Positions 58,501 through 64,000 of a stretch of 64,000 nucleotides of DNA are shown here, piece by piece. The notes below the pieces were generated by a model. That model made no database searches. It worked only from the letters and a program-made list of their open reading frames with translations, and had not been told where the DNA came from. The stretch lies in IMG/VR virus record IMGVR_UViG_3300042898_006838, positions 32,001 through 96,000 of that record; one strand, written 5' to 3'. The stretch is from a virus. The translations under genes and the position numbers were made by a program. Within the stretch, counting starts at the first letter, position 1. Every line of letters starts with the position of its first letter.

Positions 58501-58754
58501 CTGAGCCCTTGCTCAACGACGACAGCGGCCGAGTGAACATCACCCAGGACCTGCTGACGTCGCTGGCCTTCCCGTTCCAAGGCATCTACGAGAGCTTCGT
58601 TCGCACCGGTCAGCTGGTGCGCACGAGTGGCAAGCCGGCGTACAAGATCCTGTCCATCCGACAGGACCCGCTGAACGCCGACTGCATCCTCGAAGACGTC
58701 GAGCTCAACGTGCCCCTGCCCGCCAACCGTGTCGTGGTGACGTTCGTCATCTGA
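55590..58754 (+). CDS. Contractile tail sheath protein with large inserted domains
   Basis: N-terminal YEEPGIKV; C-terminal QLNVIAGGG...MRHLLTTD...ELSF...PLPANRVVVTF. Confidence 0.85.
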   Translation: MAYEEPGIKVIQQLSQAAANIAAATQAATLVGELYEVFSDRVLTRRYDALTGAGSQAFTWPGKKTTSVVDLAGVRKDTAEPDSQLDEYAVFPLAFKLRDPITSQIFSIDKISGVFGVSQTGFSLAEKVDAAGARLSGAVGTGAQANRLHSRLGGAVNAGVSVGDRVRVTNAPTLPIFDIRGKVTAFADDDVTFQGDGTQFKVNASTAAGSATFVATVTDKAVTLPATGVIRVDSGGKTEDLAYGSVSVAGLVHTFTLAGATLTRLQHDAQVDVKLLVRNTVNMALTDGNIVASSGHVASAAGGLTGRLNQRIAIWPENLWVNTGSVAGGGFRVNTSDLTLTEAHVGRLATVWTDTSGVTFATGASVGGVSVLEFEDTTNSPFLAAHVGLVIKIGSEYRRVTSVVSASKITYSGAKITNAAGITFFLYVTPVVCTITAVDVAGGGSDFFVDTAVSAVAGALPVVIHRPEYRDVTSVVTDFDVVYSGSAIVPDTTFGRFTPVSLFTESMTFEVMPDFELLTSFRALDIAAVNDTLAVSTISEVQSLGAVHKANPLLWAANSALLAMGTTDVPVLLQSVDLFSDALSGSKSGFPEDRQEALGYGLALEILSSQDSPYFLVPLTRDESVRSAFRGHVLAQSQPTAKHERVVYQTYDLPLGDVESVEGLIAPGFNGGNKRITDIGAGFISTHGLIPGNAVVIQKPAAFAGSYVIAAGSDDDNLVLEGTPWQQDGAGSFLSAAKEFSVANADTTVTNVVDSATSGVWKDVQPGDYLLLGSQTRLITAVSNFAPGTNNRLAYSGSALTPAAASQSVSILRTSVGVEFYAKPMDKTEQAAAIAAISQGLGSRRYVNFWPDSVEQITGTDTQGNEVKELVPSFYAAAAEAGRDSVIPSARSSTGMSLAGFTGLDHSNRYFSTAQLNVIAGGGWSILEQKVVGGPVTMRHLLTTDMSTVKSQELSFTKNVDNMAKVKRASTEPLLNDDSGRVNITQDLLTSLAFPFQGIYESFVRTGQLVRTSGKPAYKILSIRQDPLNADCILEDVELNVPLPANRVVVTFVI

Positions 58755-58772
58755 TCAGAGGAGGAACTGACC

Positions 58773-59444
58773 ATGCCCGTTCAAAAGAAATACGCAGCCA
58801 GCACCCTGAGCAACTGGAATTTCCGTCAGTTCCACCTGAACGTGGATCGAGGCGGAAAGAACCAGGGCCAGTTCATGACCCCGGAGGCGACGCTCATCGC
58901 CGCCGGCCCTGCTCGCCTTGAGGACCTGAGTGGTGCGGCGTTGGAGAAGCTCGTCATCCCCATCGCCATCACCGACAACGTGTCCGTGAACCAGAACAAG
59001 ATGCTGCAGCAGATCTTCGAGATCGGCAGCCGCCGCAGCTACTTCGTCAGCGGCCACACCACCGGCACCGTGGCTCTGGCGCGGCCGATGTTCAACGGCC
59101 CGAGCCTGATGCGCGTCCTCACCGGCGCGACCCAGGACACCGAGGGCTTGGACAACGACGCGGGCATGGACGTCATCAGCGGCGGCGACCCAGCCGGCCG
59201 GCAGTTCAACGACGAGACCGAGGCCACGTTCTACATCAACCTGCAGGCCGAGATCTTCGATCGGCCGACGGGGTTGATGGTGTACATGATCGACCAGCGG
59301 AACGTGCCCTACGGCGCGTTCTACATCGAGGACTGCAACATCAACGCTCACGGCTTCGGCGTCGCCAGCCAGGCCATGACCGTGGTCGAGAACGTGAGCA
59401 TGATGTTCGACCGCGTGGTGCCCGTGGCCGTCACCGCCGGCTAA
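58773..59444 (+). CDS. Tail tube protein
   Basis: GAGGAG RBS; QIFEIGS, YIEDCNI, VENVSM tube motifs; follows the sheath gene. Confidence 0.85.
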   Translation: MPVQKKYAASTLSNWNFRQFHLNVDRGGKNQGQFMTPEATLIAAGPARLEDLSGAALEKLVIPIAITDNVSVNQNKMLQQIFEIGSRRSYFVSGHTTGTVALARPMFNGPSLMRVLTGATQDTEGLDNDAGMDVISGGDPAGRQFNDETEATFYINLQAEIFDRPTGLMVYMIDQRNVPYGAFYIEDCNINAHGFGVASQAMTVVENVSMMFDRVVPVAVTAG

Positions 59445-59500
59445 AAAAAACCGCTGTCGGTTTTTTCGCAGACAAAGCCGCCGTGACTGGCGGCTTTGTC
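59443..59500. terminator. Convergent terminator region with two hairpins
   Basis: A8-CCG-ctgt-CGG-T6 and GACAAAGCCGCC-gtgact-GGCGGCTTTGTC. Confidence 0.75.
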
Positions 59501-59503
59501 GTG

Positions 59504-59941
59504 TCAGTACCAGCCGGAGCGGTTGCTGGCGCGCCGGGCCGCGCGAGCCTCGGCCTCTTCGTCCTCGCGGCGAGCGCTGTCCAGATCATCCGCCATCCGC
59601 TGCCTGTGCTTGGGCAGCTGCCAGCACTCCTTGCAGACGACCAGAGCTTTGTCGCCCTGGGCGGCGTAGAAGTCGTACCACTCCCATTCCCAAGTCTCGC
59701 TGCGCGGCTTGGTCGTGGAGCAATCTCGACAGACTACCTTCTCCTCACCCTCCGACCGCCGGTGCTGTTCAGCACACGAGGCGCACATGGCGCACCCGTC
59801 TCCGTCGAGCTCGCTGCGGCAGAAGCTGTCTACTTCGATCCGCGCGATCACCAGCGGTTCGTGGCCGCAGGTGCCAACGGTCCCACGAGCGACGAGGGCT
59901 TCGATGTCCTTCTTATAAGTCTTCGTGACGAACCAGTTCAT
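59504..59941 (-). CDS. Cys-rich (multiple CxxC) hypothetical protein (island 4)
   Basis: GGAGGTG RBS; CGH, CASC, CRDC, CKEC. Confidence 0.75.
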   Translation of the reverse strand: MNWFVTKTYKKDIEALVARGTVGTCGHEPLVIARIEVDSFCRSELDGDGCAMCASCAEQHRRSEGEEKVVCRDCSTTKPRSETWEWEWYDFYAAQGDKALVVCKECWQLPKHRQRMADDLDSARREDEEAEARAARRASNRSGWY

Positions 59942-59956
59942 ATCTCACCTCCACGA

Positions 59957-59988
59957 CTGTTATGCCCGTGGAGGCGAGCGATCTTCAC
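59957..59988 (-). promoter_or_regulatory. Island promoter-like motif, copy 4 (GTGAAGATCGC-N7-CACGGGCATAACAG)
   Basis: Nearly identical to copy 2. Confidence 0.7.
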
Positions 59989-60449
59989 CAGCTGCCGCTG
60001 GCCTGGTGCCACTGCCGCATCTTGGCCATGACCATGGCCGTGGTCGAGGCCTGGCTCGTGGTCTTGACCAGCTTCTGGTCGTAGAAGATGGCGGTCATGG
60101 AGAAGAGCTTGAGAGCCGGCGGCAGGCCCGGGTTCTCAATCTCCCACTGCCTGGGGTCGAAGTAGTCCAGGAACCGCATACCCGCGCTCTCGGTGAAGAC
60201 GTCGATGAGCGCGTGCTGGAACACGATCTTGGCCCGGTCGTAGTTGATCCCGGGCCTAACCTGGACCTTGACGATCAGCGTCTGCTCGCTGGGCTTGAAC
60301 TCACTCTGGCCCTTGGTGACCTCGACCATGTACGGCTCACCGGCCTCGACGCCGGCGCGCGCCGAGACCAGGGCCGTGGGACGAACGCCGCCGCGGAGTG
60401 CTTGTCGCTTCTGTTCTTTGTCCATGACCAAAGCTGACACAGAAGACAA
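59985..60449 (-). CDS. Hypothetical protein
   Basis: Coherent ORF; the true start may be the ATG at 60426. Confidence 0.65.
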   Translation of the reverse strand: MSSVSALVMDKEQKRQALRGGVRPTALVSARAGVEAGEPYMVEVTKGQSEFKPSEQTLIVKVQVRPGINYDRAKIVFQHALIDVFTESAGMRFLDYFDPRQWEIENPGLPPALKLFSMTAIFYDQKLVKTTSQASTTAMVMAKMRQWHQASGSW

Positions 60450-60451
60450 CG

Positions 60452-60940
60452 TCAGCCAACTGCTTTCATCATCTCGTCAAGCACCGAGTACTCGTGACCA
60501 CATGCCGGGCAGGTCAGGCTGTGACGGTCGGCGCATTCCCGACACAACACGTCCTGGCAGCAGCTCTGCTCCACGTAGTCGTCGGTCAGGTCCCCGCAGT
60601 TGCTCAGCGTGCACTGACAGTGCGTGACCTCGATGTCGTCCCAGGTCAAGCCCACGATCTCCATGATCAGGTCGTCAGCTCCCTTGTGACACCTGATCTC
60701 GTCGTAGAGCCACTGCATGTGGTCGTCGAAGGACTCGTAGGCCCAGGCCTGCTTGTCGCTGCAGTCCTCTGGGGCATCGCTGAAGTCGCTGAAGTCCCAG
60801 CCATCGAACTCGGAGTAGTAGAGGTAGCACTCGCGGTAGGCGACATCGGCCTGCGTCAGGGCCTCAGTCAGCGTCTTGACCTTGTCGTAGACCTTCAGGC
60901 CCTTGATCCTGACCCTCTTCTCCAGCGAACTCTGAAACAT
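60452..60940 (-). CDS. Acidic protein with a C-terminal Cys-rich zinc finger
   Basis: GAGG RBS; CQC..CC..CREC..CPAC. Confidence 0.65.
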   Translation of the reverse strand: MFQSSLEKRVRIKGLKVYDKVKTLTEALTQADVAYRECYLYYSEFDGWDFSDFSDAPEDCSDKQAWAYESFDDHMQWLYDEIRCHKGADDLIMEIVGLTWDDIEVTHCQCTLSNCGDLTDDYVEQSCCQDVLCRECADRHSLTCPACGHEYSVLDEMMKAVG

Positions 60941-61442
60941 GTCCCTCACGCCCATCAGCCACCGCCTTTGCCATGTCCAGGGCCACGCTGTCGACATCGT
61001 CGTCGCACGTGATCCAGAGTTGAACGCCGAAGACCTTGACGTGTTTCCAGGCCACGTGCCCACCTTCTTCGTCGACGACCACGAACAGGTCACCGACGAC
61101 CAGGTAGTCGTCCGGCGGACCGCCGCTGACTTCATCCGCCACGTCGATACTGTCGTCGTAAGCGGCGCTGGCGATGGCGGACGAGATCTCGTTGCTCGCC
61201 TGCTCGTAGGCCAGGATACCGAGCCCGTCGCTGATCGACGGCGAGGTTGGGAAGTGGCCTTTGACGTAGACCTGTTCAGCTAGCCTCAGCAGTTCGCTGT
61301 CTTCTAGCTGGCTGCCGAGGTCGTAGCCGCTGAGCCAGTCGCCGACGTGGTCGCTGATGTCTCGCTCCCGGTAGCTGCCACTGGCGGCGACGTTGGAAAA
61401 GAAATCGTTTCCGCAGTCTTTGATTATTTCATTGAGTGTCAT
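60864..61442 (-). CDS. Acidic hypothetical protein
   Basis: GGAGG RBS; D/E-rich. Confidence 0.65.
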   Translation of the reverse strand: MTLNEIIKDCGNDFFSNVAASGSYRERDISDHVGDWLSGYDLGSQLEDSELLRLAEQVYVKGHFPTSPSISDGLGILAYEQASNEISSAIASAAYDDSIDVADEVSGGPPDDYLVVGDLFVVVDEEGGHVAWKHVKVFGVQLWITCDDDVDSVALDMAKAVADGREGHVSEFAGEEGQDQGPEGLRQGQDAD

Positions 61443-61665
61443 TCACAGCCTCCTCCATCTCCTCAAGAACACTTGCTTCGTCAGGCGACTGCCATTCGCC
61501 GTCGGGGTCAATGAACCAGCGACAGCTTTCGCAGGAGCTGCCGGCCCAGGACTCAAGGTCCTGCAGCAGCACCGACTCGCTGTCACCGTCGCCACCGGCG
61601 CAGTCGGGACAGAAAAAGGCCCCGTCACAGACGAGGCCAATCACTTCCCAGATCTTGCGGCCCAC
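61429..61665 (-). CDS. Small zinc-finger hypothetical protein
   Basis: CPDC...CESC; tightly packed. Confidence 0.55.
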   Translation of the reverse strand: MGRKIWEVIGLVCDGAFFCPDCAGGDGDSESVLLQDLESWAGSSCESCRWFIDPDGEWQSPDEASVLEEMEEAVNDTQ

Positions 61666-61668
61666 GGC

Positions 61669-62013
61669 CTAGGTCTTGACCCTGGACTCCGGCGGCAGGA
61701 TTGCTCGCCGAGCCAGGTCCTGTGGCAGGTCACGGACGATGACGTCCAAGACCTTGTCCGGGTCCATGTCCGCGCTGATGCCGGCACGAGCCATGGTCCC
61801 GCGGTCGACGTGGCCGCCGTGGGTCAGCAGGTGGGCGATACGGGCCCTGAGCGCCGACGTCTCCAGGGCCTCGGCGGTGGCCAGCAGCGTCTCCTCCCAA
61901 CGCCTCTGCTCCCTGTCGCTGGCGCAGATGCCGACGAATGCCGGGTGACGACTCCGCAGGTAGTCGCTGCCGGGGATGCGGTCTGTCTCTTTCGTTCCTG
62001 GCTTGATGCTCAT
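61669..62013 (-). CDS. Hypothetical protein
   Basis: AGGAG RBS; ATGA coupling. Confidence 0.65.
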   Translation of the reverse strand: MSIKPGTKETDRIPGSDYLRSRHPAFVGICASDREQRRWEETLLATAEALETSALRARIAHLLTHGGHVDRGTMARAGISADMDPDKVLDVIVRDLPQDLARRAILPPESRVKT

Positions 62014-63350
62014 GACTTGCTCCTGTCGCTGGCCGTGCGGACTCGCCCGGCCACCTGACGTTGTGGTTTCTCTGGCTTCACTGGCTTCGGCCCGGGCTTC
62101 ACGGCCGTCCGCTTCCTGGGCTTGAAGACGTCGAACTCTGTCTCGATCTCCTGCGAACGCGCCGGCTCCAGGGCCTTGTTCACGTCCTCGTGCTTGGCGA
62201 GCTTCTTCACTTCAGCGAGGTTCAGGCTCGTGAACTCGCTGAGCTTGTGACCCTCGACGACGCCGGTGTCGATGAGGCCTTTGATGATGCTCAGCGTCTT
62301 GTTCTTGTCGTAGCGCGTCATCTCGTGGGCGTTGAAACCGACCCCGGTCTCCTCGTCCAGGAGCACGACGCCGTGTTCCTGCGTGAAGGCACGCAGGGCC
62401 TTCTTCACACCCGCCACCCGCTCCTGGTTCACGATCAACCAGGCCGCAGCCTCCCTGGCGCTGACCATGTCCGTGGGCGTGGTCATTGACGGCTCCAGCA
62501 CCTTGTTGCCGGCGCTGCAGCTGGCCAGATATCGGCAGTACTGGCACTTCCCGAAACCAGGCTCTGGCTGGATCTTGTCTTCGGTGATCATGGACTTGAA
62601 ACGCGCCCGCATCTGCAGACGTGACCAGGCCAAGGCGATTTGCTCGCGGCTGAAGTCCACGATATCCGTGACCCCGTACTGGAAGTAGTAGATGCCGGCA
62701 CGGAAGCGTGTGAACTGCGGGTACTTGTGCATGGCCAGGGTCAGGTAGCCACACAGCTGCTCATCGGTCGACAGCTCGCTGTCGCTGAACATGGCCGGTC
62801 TGTTCTTGAAGTCGATGATCGTCAGCAGACCGTCACCGCTGTCCTCGGCGTAGTCGACGACGCCGCGCCATCCGTCTTCCGGACATGTGTCGAAGGGCAC
62901 GACGTTTCCCGCGGCGTCGATGGCCAGCTTCAGCTCGTTGCCAATCATCCGGTCGCGGATGAAGGCATTTCGCTCCTCGACCGTGATGTCGCTTGTGATA
63001 CGGAATCGGCGATAGAACGTGGCCATGCGCTCGTCGACGATGTCGACAGCCGAGATCATGTCACCGGCATCCTTCATCACCTCCTGGCTCACGGACAGCG
63101 AGCTCAGGTGACCGGAGACCTTGGCCTCGGCTGCCAGGGCCTGGGACGGAAGACCCAGGCCAGAGATAGCCCGCAGCTGCAGATCGGCTCCCGTGTGCAG
63201 TAGCGTGCCGAGACGTGTCCTGTCGATCTCCAGCAGCCTCTCCGGACGCGGCTCCGGTGGCAGCTTCAACACCTTCTCCTTGTACAGGGCCAGGGAGCAG
63301 GAACTGGCTCGGCTATAGGACCATGGTCCCTTGAGAACTGTCTTCGTCAT
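62010..63350 (-). CDS. PD-(D/E)XK (RecB/AddB/Cas4-like) nuclease
   Basis: WSYSR..C, GTLLH, E.KL, GVVD, IIDFK, QL..Y, CQYCRYLASC; GGAGG RBS and ATGA coupling to the helicase. Confidence 0.85.
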   Translation of the reverse strand: MTKTVLKGPWSYSRASSCSLALYKEKVLKLPPEPRPERLLEIDRTRLGTLLHTGADLQLRAISGLGLPSQALAAEAKVSGHLSSLSVSQEVMKDAGDMISAVDIVDERMATFYRRFRITSDITVEERNAFIRDRMIGNELKLAIDAAGNVVPFDTCPEDGWRGVVDYAEDSGDGLLTIIDFKNRPAMFSDSELSTDEQLCGYLTLAMHKYPQFTRFRAGIYYFQYGVTDIVDFSREQIALAWSRLQMRARFKSMITEDKIQPEPGFGKCQYCRYLASCSAGNKVLEPSMTTPTDMVSAREAAAWLIVNQERVAGVKKALRAFTQEHGVVLLDEETGVGFNAHEMTRYDKNKTLSIIKGLIDTGVVEGHKLSEFTSLNLAEVKKLAKHEDVNKALEPARSQEIETEFDVFKPRKRTAVKPGPKPVKPEKPQRQVAGRVRTASDRSKS

Positions 63351-64000
63351 TTGATTGCCTCCTGAAACCAAGCGGGTAACTGCTTCTTGTTGGCGGATAG
63401 GAACCTGTTGAAACGACTGTCGAGAATGTAGGTACGGCAGCTGTCTTCGGCGCTGCGCATACCTCGTCCGTAGGTCTGAACCAGGGTCAGGCATGCACGC
63501 CAGTCGCTGAACCTGGGATCAATCTCCGAACGCGCCTTCACGCGCTTGCTCGGGTACTGGTAGGGCAGACGGATGATGATCTGGAAGCGGCACAGGTCGT
63601 CCTTGAAGTCGTAGCCCTCGGTGAGCCCGACTCCGACCAGCACCGCGTCCTTTGCATCGCCTCCGGACAGGAACTTGTTCACCACCGACACCCTGTCGTC
63701 CTTGCCGTGCCAGACGAACCTCTTCTTCTCCAGCACCGCCGACAAGGCCTCAGACATCTGGTAGCTAGTGCAGTGCACCACGCCCCTGACGCCCCTGTTC
63801 TCGTCGACGATCTCTGAGATGGCTTTCGACAAGGCCTCGAAGTTCCCCTCGTAGCCCTTGAAGCCCATGTCCCCGACGTACCTGCGGATCAAGGGCCTCC
63901 TGTCAGCCGGGAACGTGCTGGGTACCGACAGGTGCCTGGTGTTCTCGGTGCTGAGGTTGACGCTGCGGCTGAAGGCCTTGTCTCCGTCCAGGAACGTGGC
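63347..64000 (-). CDS. dinG: DinG/XPD-family helicase, C-terminal part (5' end outside the window)
   Basis: VHCTSY, EGYDF...RFQII..LPY, QTYGRGMRS.ED....ILDSRF; frame is open to the window edge. Confidence 0.88.
   Translation of the reverse strand, partial: ATFLDGDKAFSRSVNLSTENTRHLSVPSTFPADRRPLIRRYVGDMGFKGYEGNFEALSKAISEIVDENRGVRGVVHCTSYQMSEALSAVLEKKRFVWHGKDDRVSVVNKFLSGGDAKDAVLVGVGLTEGYDFKDDLCRFQIIIRLPYQYPSKRVKARSEIDPRFSDWRACLTLVQTYGRGMRSAEDSCRTYILDSRFNRFLSANKKQLPAWFQEAIK

Noticed and set aside
62010-64000. Cas4-like nuclease plus DinG, suggesting a type IV CRISPR locus
   Set aside because: No repeat-spacer array or other cas genes seen; both families are common in phage DNA metabolism.
1-64000. 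tRNA, rRNA, integrase, transposase, introns or inteins
   Set aside because: None recognised by eye; the terminase, RNAP and helicases appear uninterrupted. A covariance-model scan was not possible.

Overview
GC-rich segment of a large tailed (myovirus-type, probably jumbo) phage genome; nothing in the window looks like host chromosome. Positions 1-20.2 kb (minus strand) carry a tail/baseplate operon: hub, Ig-like and LamG proteins, a 1638-aa fibre, tape measure, and a tail chaperone with a GGGAAAC -1 frameshift. Positions 22.7-59.4 kb carry head and tail morphogenesis genes: portal, terminase, prohead protease, scaffold, major capsid, neck, sheath and tube. Embedded among them are a single-chain 2019-aa beta-beta' RNA polymerase and a SNF2-type helicase. 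The right end has a DinG helicase and a PD-(D/E)XK nuclease. Main observations: (1) a compact fused bacterial-type RNAP with no beta' zinc finger and a rifampicin-resistance-like pocket; (2) four minus-strand gene islands, each starting at a shared GTGAA-N-(C/T)ATAAC promoter-like motif and ending at a T8 intrinsic terminator; (3) a recurring K-x-A/S motif punctuating about 15 head-cluster proteins, which appears to delimit releasable modules, including cationic glycine-rich peptides, zinc knuckles, a serine-less acyl-carrier-protein mimic and the SNF2 helicase. All functional calls come from motif recognition by eye; no database search was run.
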